NCBI GenBank assembly: GCA_000708835.1
Contig: DF237306.1
Location: forward strand, 1 to 64,000
From: Klebsormidium nitens
Taxonomy: Eukaryota; Plantae; Klebsormidiophyceae
Length of the DNA stretch: 64,000 nt
Direction: 5' to 3'
The notes below the pieces were generated by a model, which worked only from the letters and a program-made list of their open reading frames with translations, made no database searches and was not told the DNA's origin. The stretch's first letter is position 1. Every line of letters starts with the position of its first letter. Shown piece after piece: positions 34,199 through 46,525 of this stretch. The position numbers and the translations under genes were made by a program.

Positions 34199-36781
34199 AT
34201 GGCGCGTCTGTACAAGGTAAGGCAATGCATTGCATGCCAATGTGAAATTGGAGTCTGCGGTCGGTGACTCATGTCGCTTGATGCTCGGACAGCAGCTTCT
34301 TTGAGCACTTTAAAACAGGTGCTGAAGGAAAAGCTGGCCGGTGACCTGTTATCAAAGAAGATTGGCAAGGAGTTTTGATTGACGATCTTCAGAACAACCA
34401 TGCCTTTGATGTAAAACTTGACGAGGCACGTGTTTACATTAGCAGCTTACACATCCTATCACTGCAGACACATTCGAACCGGATTCTGGCTTGAAGCTGC
34501 GGCCGGAAATCCTCAGTGAGAGATTCCTGAAGGGCACAAGCACCACCCTCAGCTTTATCTGGAGGGTTTTCAATGCGATCTTGTAGGAAAAAGTTTTGTG
34601 AGAGAGCAGCTTATGCCAAACCCATCGTGCGAGTCTGAGAAAGTTCTCGAGCCAAATTGATCATCTTCAAATTTTCTGTGCCTGCAGTCCCTAGAAGTCC
34701 TGTCAGCCTATCGAGACCGGCGGTTCCAAGGTACTCAGGAAGAGTTCGAGCATGCGCTCCGGACCTCGACCACCGTGTACGTCGGAAACCTCACTTTTTT
34801 CACGACGGAGGAGCAGATATACGAGGCGTTTTCAAAGTGCGGGGAGATCAAAAAGGTCATCATGGGGCTTGACAAGGTCCGCCGGACGCCCTGCGGGTTC
34901 TGCTTTGTCGTGTGAGTGCCAGGTGTCGCCACCAGGTTCGCGGAGCTGTTGCCTAAGAAAATTAGCTGTTGCTGAAATGAATGTTTGCATTCTGGGCTGC
35001 CGGGCAAGACGATTCTGGATATGGGTGGATTTCCTCGGGTGCGAGTTGTGAACTTATCGCAAATTTTAAAACTTGCAGAGAAGTTGATCCTCTTGGAAGC
35101 TCTTCCCTGATGGTCTGGTGAAAAAGCACACGATAGAGTCCTCATGTCCACTCATAGTGTTCCCTTAACTCATGTTCCTGATTGCAGCTATTACACGCGT
35201 CTCGATGCTGAAGACTGCGTCAAATACATCAGCGGCACCATCCTGGACGACCGACCTATTCGGGTGGACTTTGACTGGGGGTTCAAGGAGGGCAGGCAGT
35301 TTGGACGGGGGAAGAGTGGTGGCCAGGTTCGTTCGTCTGCTCGTACTTCAGAAGAGTGGACTTGGAAGAGTCAACGTTTCCTGTCCGTGGTCTATCATGA
35401 AAAGGCTGACTTTGTGCTGTCGATTCAGCCTTCTTTGCAACGATGAGATGGAGGTTGAAATGTCTCTGTTTTTGAGGTGTGCATGATCCTTCAATTGAAA
35501 GTGGTAGAGTAGTGGCAGTCCTTTCCCACTGTAATGCATGGGTAAAACGTCGTCTGTAATGACCCAAGTGCTGACGACTGGCACACTGCGTTGCTGAGAA
35601 ACTCCGTGGGGAGATTCCTTTGGAATATTATTTGATTGTTACTTCGTTTCGTTGTCCTTGCAAGCAGTCTGGGTGCGCATCATTTGTGAGCTGACAATCC
35701 AAGGGGCATATGCTAGCTCGGGGGGGTTCTGGGAGTCTGTTTGGAGTCCCCGCTTTTGATCCCCAGAATGCCCATGCAATTGTATGGTTTTCGAGCCTTT
35801 CTCCAATAGTGCAGTATGCGAGCATGCACCTACCTCAGGGTGGTTCGCTTGAAGGAACGCTTGCCTTCTTCTGCTGAGCACGAGCTTGCCTTCTAATCAT
35901 GCTAAAGTGCTCGTCTTGACCGTATGTCTCAACTGTTCAAGGAGCCCCTCGCTCAATCTTTCAGGTACGAGACGAGTACCGGACAGATTACGACCCAGGG
36001 CGCGGCGGCTACGGTAAGCTCGTGCAGCACAACCTCGAAATCTTGGAGCACCAGGGGGGCATCTTCAACAGTGCTGCGCCTGCGCCGTTCCATCCCCCGA
36101 CGAGAATACAGCAACGAAACAGGCGAAGAGACGAGGCCATGCAAAACGCGGGTGGGGACAGACGGGGAGGCGCGCCGATCAAGGGCCAGAAACGGCAACG
36201 GGAGGACGAGGGGCCATTGGAGGATGGGGTTAAGCCGGAGAAACAAGAGCCACGGGTAAGCGCTTGGATGCAGCCATGGTTTACGAAGCATCCTTGCTAC
36301 AGTTGTGCACTTTGTGGTCATTGTGGTTTATGCCCTCTGCATCTTTTTGAACAATCGGATGGCCCGTGGCTCGCTGGAGCGCTGTACGTTTCCCAGTTCA
36401 GAGGCGTTGCACGTAAAGAGAAAGATAGTCGGGGAAAGCTCGTGGCGTTCTTGCACCAGAAATCCTTGGCGTGCGTGCCCCTTCTTCGTGCGCATTTCCA
36501 GAGCATTTTCGTTCAGTGTCACCGTTCTGATTCTTCTGTTCGTACTTTGGCTCACTGGCTCACTGGCTGACAAGATCTCCAGCCAGCGTTGCCATGGGAA
36601 TGTGAAGGCAGTACAGGCCAACCTGGGCACTTTTGAAAGTACTCGGACCTGCTTCTTGTCACAGTATATATGCTCTTGTGCTCTTCTGAACACCAATTCA
36701 CTTCGTTTTCCGCAGGAGAAGAATCCGCGGTTCCGAGAAAAGAAAGACGACGACTCGGACGAAGATGTTGGCGATTCTTGA
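34199..36781 (+). CDS. CBP20: Nuclear cap-binding protein subunit 2 (CBP20/NCBP2), 5 exons
   Basis: Exons 34199-34216, 34688-34911, 35188-35326, 35965-36255, 36716-36781; motifs [64 protein letters not shown]. Confidence 0.96.
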
Positions 36782-38127
36782 GGTCTGTTATTCTCAGTTC
36801 TGCGTTTGTACATAAGCAATGGCTGCGGAAGCAGAATGCACTTTCTTCGACGACCTGCCGTGCGGCATCGTTTGACGTTATTGGCTGCGCTTGAATATGA
36901 TACAAGTTCTAAGTCCGTTACGCACCAGGATCCTCTCGTACAATGTGCCGTTTTCGATATAGCTTCATTGCAAAATTCCAACAGGGAGGGGCACGAGGGC
37001 CTCGCATTTTCAGTGCATAGACTTTCCCATGGTTTGTACATGCATGCTTCGGCGTTAGTACTTTGTGATGTCGTGCCAGACCGTCTGCTGAGGCCGTCGC
37101 TGACTTTTACATGACCAGCAAGCATGTGGCCGTGCCAGTTGCTCTGAGCACGAGCCGATGGTAACTTCCAATTTATGAACGCCCTTAGCCGCCATGGCCG
37201 TGGAGCACGGTCTCCGGCATACCCGGGATAGTTTGTTGACTCTGCAGCTTGCTACGGCTGCAAGTCATGTCCAACAATGAAACTAAGCAATCCCTACACA
37301 ACGAGCAATGTTTACATAACGAGACCCTAAGATGCATAATTTAATGCCTCACTCGTATGCAACTGTTTGATGGAAACCCAATCAGACGTGTGGCTGGACT
37401 TCAACTTTCAAAGACTAGGGCTATTCAGTGGATGTGATTTTCCGAGCTGTACTAGAACTTGTGGGGTGCAGATTTTGAGTGATGCTCCCATGGTCATGTA
37501 CAGCCCCGCCCATCAGCCGATCAATGTCCTCTAGTTGGACGATGCTTCGACCTAGAGATTGGCATGGCGCGGCTTTCAAATTTATTGCATGATCACGATC
37601 GAGCATCAGATGCCCCTGTAAACTGCAGCGCATGGCCGCCGCCGCCCATGCACCCGTAAGTTGATCACAGAATGTACAGTCTCCAAGAGTTTGCGCAGGC
37701 AGACATGAGATAGTGATATGCGGCAGATCTGTTGTAGCGCGTGTAAATAAGGAAAGATTGAAGATCCCCCGATTGCCTGCTAACTTGACCGTTTCACATG
37801 TCTTCTGAGGAAATGCCAGGCTGTACGATATGTACCTAAAGCCTGGCGCTATTTTGAGGGATGCATGCATGCTTGACTGAAAAGATTACAAGCATTGTAT
37901 AGTGTTTCAGCGACTTCGCATGTCACTGTCAGGGTACAAAATTTGCAGGTCAAAATAGCACGGAGGTAATGCAGATTGCGCCTGCTTATCGTGTTTCCAA
38001 CACCACTGCGTAACGCATTGTTTGTTGAGCCAGTCAATTCCCAAGGAAGTGCACACTGGCTGCACGTTATTCGACCTGGACGGCCGCCAGCTTGATAGAT
38101 TTAAAAGTCAAATACTTGACAGCTGCG

Positions 38128-38157
38128 TCACGTGATGAAGAGGTTATTGACACGTGA
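38128..38157. promoter_or_regulatory. Pair of CACGTG G-boxes upstream of the decayed ORF at 38364
   Basis: tcacgtga 38128-38135 and gacacgtga 38149-38157; function not shown. Confidence 0.25.
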
Positions 38158-38363
38158 TGATCATCTTATCGTCAAGCGAATTGATGGCTTTGCTGAACTG
38201 ACAAACATCGTTGTATAAGATTACAGTTTAGTCGCAGCGTAAACATAAATCTTGTTCAGTATCCGATCTGGTGCCCTAAGCTCACCTAAGCTTGCCTTAA
38301 TTGTCAACACGTTTTTGCTTTACCTTCAAACCGAGCGCAATCTGCTTCGAACACCGAGAAGCA

Positions 38364-39165
38364 ATGGAAGAGAAGATCCAGCGAGAGGTCGGGGAATGTC
38401 TTGATGCATGCGAAAGAATGTGCCCAGCCCCCTTTTCCAGATACCGTTCAAAGAGGAGGGCGAATGCAAAAGCATATTTAGCAAGCCTCGAGGCGTTTAG
38501 AGCTTCTCAATGAGAAGCCTTTGTTGAGAGCAAACGAATTGCATTTGAAACTGCAAGACTGGTTTGCAAATCCGCCGACTCTTCCCGTTTCCTTTCGACG
38601 AAGACCACTTCGAACACCAGCTGCGCACGCGCTAGAAGTAACCACCCTGCCCCCTAGCTGCTATGTAAAATGGGAAGATAAGAAACGAAAAGCAGGAAGG
38701 CTATAGGAAGAAAGAGCGACGTGAGGAACATCGTTCCAAAATGTAAAAGACACTACGAACCAGTGAAGATCTCTGAGACGCATCAAGGGACATACTTTCG
38801 GTAGGATTCAGAGACAGCATTCAAGAAAAATTTTGCAGGAGCGAGTCGAGCTTGATGCAGCAGAAGAGTTCTTAAGACGAACAGCTGAGGAGATGCTGGC
38901 AATGCCATTGCGATACAAAGCGCAGGCACAGAATGGCAGAGCGCGAAAGTGCAGCAAGCAAAGTGCCTGCTGAGAGGCCCAGCTTGAAGGATCCAGCGAT
39001 TCTGATTCCAAGAGACCCCCTGGATTGGTGGAGCGGAGAGTATCGGAGCCGGCCCCTGACTGGCCTTATCTTCGAGATGGGGGACTGGTCAGCTCACAAG
39101 AAGTTGCTTTTAGAAAAACCTCGTCTGCAGAAATGGATGGGTGGTGTCGTAGCCAGAAACTAACA
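38364..39165 (+). pseudogene. Possible decayed coding remnant
   Basis: ATG 38364 opens 49 codons; protein-like sequence continues past a TGA (SQ*EAFVESKRIAFETARLVCK); further protein-like pieces in shifting frames. No family recognised. Confidence 0.25.
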
Positions 39166-39476
39166 CTTCAAGATCCTATGGTGCATGATAAAACATCTAG
39201 CCACATCATTTCAGCATCAGCATATTAAGTGCTTTGCAGTCTCTTCCTCTTCCCTAGTCATCGCCATTTTGCCGTTCAAAAGCGCCGTTCAAAAGCGCCA
39301 GTAATAAATTTGTTGTGCCGCATTTGAAGCTAAGCACAGATCTTGTAATCGAGTTTTATTTCTCGTAATTCATCTTCCTTGCTTCTCTCTTCCTTGCTTT
39401 CACATCAATCCTTCTCGTCTGGTCCTCGTTCCTCAAACAGAGAACAAAGCTAGCCGTCTCTTGTCAGATATCAGCC

Positions 39477-41664
39477 ATGTGTCATTCTCAGGTGCGTGCT
39501 GTGCCGCCACGATGTTAATCTATGGCGTGAGCAGCTGCCGCGGTTGGAGGCGCTGGGAGGCACCTTCTTCATAGTGACTGCACAGGTGGGATGAATGGAC
39601 GTTTCAGCGGAACGTTCGTGCATGGCGTTTCTCTACTTCTGCTAAATGAGTTTCTTATGTTTCAAGGGCTTCGAGGCTCTTGAGAGTGTATCCCTTCAGC
39701 AGGAGCACAGAGTGAGCGAGAGTTGCTGTTAGCTTGAAGCTGGTGTGAAGGTCTTTAGCCAGCATGCCCCTCAGATTTCTGTCAGTCATTTTGAAGAGCT
39801 CTCCGGCAGAGGTCCAAAACAAGCAGTTTAATACCTGACTCAACTCCTGTATGGATGCATGAAAGCCCTGTCATTGCTTCCGCACAACAGGCGGTGCTGA
39901 TGAGAAGGTCCGCCAACCCTCGTTGTCAAGGTCTTTCTGTAGCCATTCTCCTACATCGACGCACAGATTCAGTTTCAGCGAAAGTCGTGACGTTGATAAA
40001 TTTCTATCTTTGCAAGTTCGTGAGGCGCTTCGGACGTCCGCCAACTTTCGTAGTCATTGTCTTCGCAGTCATGCCTTGTAGATCGACGAAGGACTGTAGG
40101 TTAGTCCAGACCCTGTACGGTTAATGTGGAATCTTCGTCTCTGCAGTCCCAGGAGGCCCTTCGGACGTCCGCCAACTTTTCCATCCAGACCTTCTTTAAC
40201 GATTCCTCCTAAATTGACGAAAGCCTTTCGATCTCGAGCAAACGCTGTCAGTGTCGTATTAATCAAACGCATTTCTTTCTCTGCAGTCCCAGGAGGCCCT
40301 GCGGACGTCTGCGAGTGACTGGGGCCTAAATGGACTCCCGGTGGTGAGCGACCCGGACAACGTGCTCGCGCGCGACATGGGCATCAGCGTATGCGAAGAG
40401 CCCGTGCGGCCGTGCATCCAGCGCTACTTCGACACGTACAAGAACAACCAGGTTTGCGCGGTGAGTTTAGTTACTACTTTGCCCATAAACCAATGGGTAC
40501 GGCATGTCAAGAGCAAGACGGCAGAAAGTGATGATGTACGTTCTGCTGAGTCAACTTCTCAGAGTTTTTTCATTCGTCCTTGTTTAAGCGAGTTTCTCTC
40601 TCGAACACGCAGCAGATTCCATCTTGATGGTTTCGGCCGCCAGTTCCGCTGCGGTCTGATCATCTCTTTTCTCCTTCTCAGACAAAAAACTGTGTTTCCT
40701 CTTGACATGAAAGAGCACTTTCGCGAAGCCCGTTCAACATCCTACAACAATGTCTCTGCATCTAAATGAGCGCTTCAGACTCTTACGAAACTGCGCACTC
40801 TCGAAGCACAATCGCAATTCAACACAGGGAAGTTTCGCACAAAACCTGGTATAGCTTATTTGACCAGCTCTTAGCCAGCTTCATCCTGTGAAAAGGCTAT
40901 ACAACCAAAGCCTATCCGGGTTTGGTTAACGGCCGTTTTGCCATGTGTAACCGGCGCTCTTTGTCTGGCAGCCCGGGTACGTCATCGTGAATCAGCAGGG
41001 CGCGGAGCTCTCGGCGTGGCACCAGACGCCCACGGTGCACAACATCGGAGGGGCCATCGACCGCCCAGTTCCTTGTAAGCGCGCGCGTCAATTTGTCGGG
41101 CCCTGCCTGTTCGAGTTTTCTTCGCACTGCGTTTCAGCTGGAGCGAAGGTGCGAAGCTCGGGGACAAAAAGACGTCGAGCAATGATACAATGAATATTTT
41201 CTCAGTATCCGTCGACGTTTTGTCGACTGAGCAGAGTCGCGAACGCAAGCGGACCAAAACTTTCAAAACGAAACGGTTAAGCCTGTGAGTTTTCATTGTA
41301 TTGAGCCCGGTAACTTTTGCCCTGCGAGCAGATTAGATTTAGCAGTTCCTACGCCTTTTCGCAGCCAGTCTCTTGATGAGGCGTGTCAAAAGCCTTCCGC
41401 ACACTTCGAGGATCGGACGCGTCGAAAACGTCTACATCGTAGATGCAAACAAGCGTCACAAAGAACCAATTTCATTTCTCTGCAGCCAACGTGATCTCCC
41501 ATCTGGAGAACCGGGTTGCGGACGCCCCGGGCGAGTCGGACGTCCGTAACCCCAACGAAGTGCTGGACGATTTCGCTCCGTACATCGAGCAAGTCTTCTG
41601 TGAGCTCCCCGACTGCATCCAGGAGCTCATCATCGAGGAGAGGCACATCGCGGCCGCGAAGTGA
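39477..41664 (+). CDS. Redoxin/AhpC-TSA-fold-like protein (about 153 aa, N-terminus uncertain)
   Basis: Phase-consistent exons 39477-39491, 40287-40451, 40972-41074, 41486-41664. SQEAL..DWGL..LPVVSDPDNVLARDMG..QPGYVIVNQQG..W..NIGGAIDRP resembles the C-terminal two-thirds of peroxiredoxin-like folds (recalled pattern). Confidence 0.6.
40001..40180 (+). repeat. Two intronic copies of the acceptor/exon head of the 40287 exon
   Basis: ctctgcag|tcccaggaggcccttcggacgtccgcc at 40139-40173 versus real ctctgcag|tcccaggaggccctgcggacgtctgcg at 40279-40313; older copy with cggacgtccgccaacttt at 40031-40048. Confidence 0.85.
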
Positions 41665-43467
41665 GCCTCGGAGCCGCCCGGCCGCCGGGGGGGTGGGCGT
41701 GAGGGTTTGAGTTCGAGAGCGGCTTGTTCAACACAATGTAGGCTCGAATTAATGGCGGCCCGCGGTTTGCTGCAGAAATGTCCAGACTCTGATAACTCTC
41801 ATCCAACTTTAGATAGGCGTAGCCCGGGAGACGGGTGGGTTAGTTTGATGGTTAGGCCGGTGGGCTTGGGTGCGAAGCCAATGAGTGCTTGGGTCAGGGT
41901 TTTTCGTTTGAGCCCTCGGGTAATCTTGGGTTACATGCATGGACATTTCTCTTACATGCCCTTAACACACACGAGACTTTCGTATGTTGGCCAGCTAGAT
42001 GCAGAACTGGGTCTCTGCGTCGCGGGCCTCTCACGCGCTTGCAGGCAAAGCTGATGGTCGAACCATGAGTCATTAACGGATGCATGCGAAGTGGACGTCC
42101 GATGCTCTCAAGCAATGGTTTGATAATGTACTCCTGAGTATTGTTAGTAAGGGTTTATGTTAGGCTCCGTTAAGTTTGAGTCGGTTGTCAAATGGTTGAA
42201 TTAGATGGACTGGAAGAATGTGTGAAAAAGGAGTTTGCCGAACAATCGGCGGTGATCATTGGGTAATGGCCAATCGACCCTATTCATCGAAGGAGCCCTT
42301 ACAGCGTACGTCGCACAACAGTATAAATGTCTTTCAGGATGAGATGTTGCGAAAGCAGAAGACTTGACGCTGGCGGGCGCGTTAGTTCCACTCTCAGTAC
42401 GACAAGCTTTGACCATAGCTCTTCCGTTGAAAGCAGACGGCGCTTTATCTAACAATATGCCGGATTTAAGCATGTGCAACTCAAATCTGGTCGATTCGAG
42501 GAAGTGACGCGGCCTAGTCTCGAATTGTAATTTCCGGGATCAGTATCGGCCATGCCATGATCATTGCTATGAGCAAATGTGCATGTGGACGGCCAAAATC
42601 AAAGCAAACAGAAATTGCACAATTGTTTCGTCAGAGTTGGGGGCCACGAGTCTTACTGAAAGGGAGACGTGAAGCATACTCAAGAGTATACAGATTTTTC
42701 AGATTCTATGATTTCTAAGGTCGACTTAACTCCGCAGCTGGCTGCTTGCTTTCTGCAAGTTCCAAACTAATCCGGCTGTCCAATTTGGTGGCCCTTTCTA
42801 TCTACCACTACTTTTCCAACCTTCTACATTGCAATGAAGAAGGCGCGACGTCTATACGAGTCTCTCTTATATGTCAATCTAGCTCCTGACATACTCTGCT
42901 CAACCTTTTGACTAACAGCCTCCTAGCTGAGTGCATGTGCAGACATCAAAAAGAGCTGACCCTGTTCTTATATAAGTATGTACCGTAGTACATGCCTAAC
43001 TTCTCCATCTCTCCAAGTCACTAGGTATACCGTATATGTAGTTAGCATGATCATGACAGCTAAGTGAGATCTTGTATCTAGCAAGTGCGGTAGATGGTAC
43101 GCGAAAGGCGCCAATGCAAATTGGTCAGTCAAACAACGCAATTGCTGTCTACTACGTCTCGGAACTATCCACTGAACGTCTTTGCTAAGCACCAAGGTAT
43201 CTTAAAATGAATCATGTTTCTGTGACGAACGACTCGCATGGCGCTTTTGAGCAGTGATCGTTAGCCATTTCGCGGCCCATCCTAAGATACTCAGAATAAG
43301 CTCTCGATTGGGCCAGGATGTGCCGGCAAGTCTCGCGGACACATGTTACGGTTTACCGATGGCTACAAACATTTACAGAGACAACGACCTGTACATAAGA
43401 ACTACTCGTGGGGTTTGTCCTTTCGAAGGGACCCTCAGTCAAATTAGCTTGCCTAAACAGTCGGGCT

Positions 43468-46117
43468 TCAAAAGTACTTGACCATCTGAATCTCCTTCTT
43501 AACAAACCCAGACTTTTCGTAAAAGCTGGTGTTGTAGTCAGCACAGTCGAGGATGACCTGCAAGATTGTCGACAAAATGAAGCCGGAAGAGAAAGAAGAG
43601 GCAGTGTGGCTTCCAACAACAGCAAGATTGCAGTCCTTTTGAGAAGGGCGTGGACGCAAAGTCTGGTCCATCCGAGAAGCCAGCATTATAAAAGTGTGAG
43701 GTTCTAGACCTTGAAGCGGATTAAGTAGTGACAGCTCTACGAGCAGAAGTACAAGTGTAATCATACGAAGACAACGATTTAACGCCAGGCAATCTTTGAG
43801 GTGACTGGCGACGGATGAAAACCGGCGAGTGACACGTTCTCGACTTGTCCTGGGCCTGACAAACGTTACTCTCAGCAGCGTGACGCTTTTGAGCGCGATG
43901 TCTCAGACCCTTACCTTGTAACAGCCCTGCTCTTGCGCAATTCGAATCAATTCGTTTATCAACCTGCAATAAGAGAAACCAAACGATGCAGAGTAACGCT
44001 TTCCAAATGCAGGTGGGAGGGAGGATGTCAACATCCGAGCCGCTTTCTGTACCAACGACCAGTGTTACTCGAGTGCGGGGAATGCTACAGTCTTCCTGTG
44101 CTCTCTCTGCTATCTTTTCCGACCTGCCATAGCATTTGAAGCAGTTCGCACAATCCCGATGCAGAATCTAATACAGTGAGTGGAGTTTTATCCTTGTGCA
44201 ACTTCGAAACGAGGACCCGGCTCTTTCCTCATGTTTGTCAGCCCTTCGTGAGTCCTGATGCAAAGAGCTGGTACAATGGGTGCATTTACCCTTCTGCGAT
44301 CCCGGAAGAGGGGCCCTGCTGTCCCTCTTAAGCGTCGGGCAAAGCAAGCTTCGTACCTGTGCCCTTCTATGCTGAACAGAAAGTCCACTTACGCACAACC
44401 GCTAGTCTACCACCACTTTCTGATGCTACTTTGAACGTGCAAAATCTGCATTGAAGGACTTACAAACTCACTTTTGCCCTAGGTGTTTTCCACGGACGTC
44501 CTTGTCAACCACGACGTCCTCTACATGTCCGCACTGCACACAGGGAATCAAGAGATCGTCTGTGAGAGTCATGTAGCCGCAGGGCTGCCTTCGCCTTATT
44601 CCAAATTGGTGTAGGGAGGCTGGGGAAGCAAAACCGTCTAACTTGATCCAAAGGGCCACGAGAACGAGTGAAGTCGAACCTGCTTACCCATAGTGCTTGG
44701 TGAAAGCCAGGGACGAAAATGCAGCCTCTGATCCAGTGGTAAACAAAGTCAATCCCAGAACCCGTACTCTACAAGATGGAAATCTTAGGAGCCAATGACG
44801 GCACGGAAACAGGCCATGGATTCGAATCAATGCACCTAGGAGTTGACATATACAGAAAGTCATGTGAGACTTCTGTGTGCATTTGAGCTTCCCAAGATGC
44901 TCAGTACGTCTCCTTAGTCAGGCACTCATCAGAGGAGCAGTTTTGTAGCATGATCTAGAGAATTAAGTCAAGTCCTACCTTTCCACAGTTTCTCAAAATC
45001 TTTCTTTCGATGAGCAAGGTGGCTGTGGCCACCACTCGGGATGCGGCACTATCTGCAGAGGGGGAAGAAACGTAGAAGCCAGACATATCAGTCTTTCTTG
45101 CAAGATCTCATGTAGAAGCGATACTGTAACTCGAGCTGACTGATCGCGTGGCTTGGGTTCAGTGATCTGGTGAAGACAAGCAGCAGCTCTGTTTATGTCA
45201 CGGCAATAATGACTCCCTGACCGTTACGGCAATACAAAAAGGCTTTAAAATAATTCTGATTGTTCCCCCCAGCCACTGCTCCAGTCATAACATTCCGATC
45301 TGGCACAAAGGAGAGGCTGCTTGGTCAAAATGACTCAGCCACAAGGAAGACCCCAGCAAGTCAAGGGACTCAATTTGCCATCTTCGTCCGGCAGCATCTT
45401 ACTCACCTTCTATGACTACTGTATGATAATCTGGGGCCCGCGCTGCCATTTCCTCCACCCTGGCTGCACAAAACAGATGCTCAGAGCGCCTGGCAATTTG
45501 GTTCTGCTTCATGATCACCACATCAAGGGTCACTTTTGAAGGGGCTTATGAAGTAGACTGTTGGCCTTCAGTGAATCTTTCCATTCTTTATCCCCCACAA
45601 AACGTCCTGCTGAGGTACTCAAAAGTCCTGACATGTGGACCAACGCTTCTTGATAGCTAATGTATCTGCTTTTGGTGGTGGTAAGTGCATCAGTCAATCT
45701 TGATGTTGAAGAAGCAAGTTTGAATGATTGGGGCTCAGGCAGTCAATCAGCTCCGATGGGCTAGAATCTTATCTTCTAACAAGGCGTGCTGCACCTTTGA
45801 ATGCTTCCTCAGTGACGTCCCCTGCCACCGTTAGCTGCGCCAGAAGGCCCATGTAGCCTGCGAAAACACCTGAATCACTCAGACCAATCCATCCCTTTTA
45901 GTTGATTGCAGACAAAAGTCTCTCTGCACTCAAAATTGCAGCTAAGGGATGTAAGCGCACAAGCAACTCAAAATCTGCTGAATTGCATTTACTCTTTCCT
46001 CCTGAGGGTCATGCATTGTGTGCTCTTTGCACCTGTTGAGGCAGAGCTGAGGAACCCACCTTTGTGGAAGTCTCCTGCTTCCAGTCTTCTCGTGATCAGC
46101 TCCTCCCCCGCCATCAT
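43468..46117 (-). CDS. GNA1: Glucosamine-6-phosphate N-acetyltransferase (GNAT family), 7 exons
   Basis: Exons 46117-46060, 45857-45795, 45463-45407, 45052-44979, 44533-44472, 43963-43915, 43557-43468; motifs RRLEAGDFHKGYMGLLAQLT, ATATLLIERKILRNCGKCGHVEDVVVD, GCYKVILDC, FYEKSGF. Confidence 0.94.
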
Positions 46118-46525
46118 GCAGATTGGAGATTGGAGGTGAAGCAAGGCACTTTGAATGGGCGGTTGTGCCCCTCCTCAACTTACAACTTACAAGAAACAGT
46201 GGAGAGTGGCTGGAGAGTGGTGCAAAAAGTTCTCTGGCTTTACAACATTGCAACCATCGAGACTCCTATGGTATGGGTCCCATCCTGATATGCTTGGCCC
46301 GATTTCTCGAATTCTTGCAACGATTAGCCCATATTTGACTGCAATTAAACCCAGTTGCCGTAAAGATCAGCGAGCGAGAATCCTCAAAAACATTCCCTTA
46401 CAGTGCCAGAAGCTAACGAATATACTCGGTCCTTGGGGCCTGTTCTATTTTTCAAACCAAGAAAAGGCCTGATGCCAATGGCCAAGTTGCATTCAACCTT
46501 GCATAGGGTGGTGTTCGAGTCAACA

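Noticed and set aside
36328-37870. Minus-strand ORFs 36328-37125 and 37421-37870
   Set aside because: The first overlaps the last intron, last exon and downstream flank of CBP20 antisense; neither shows domain-like sequence or codon pattern.
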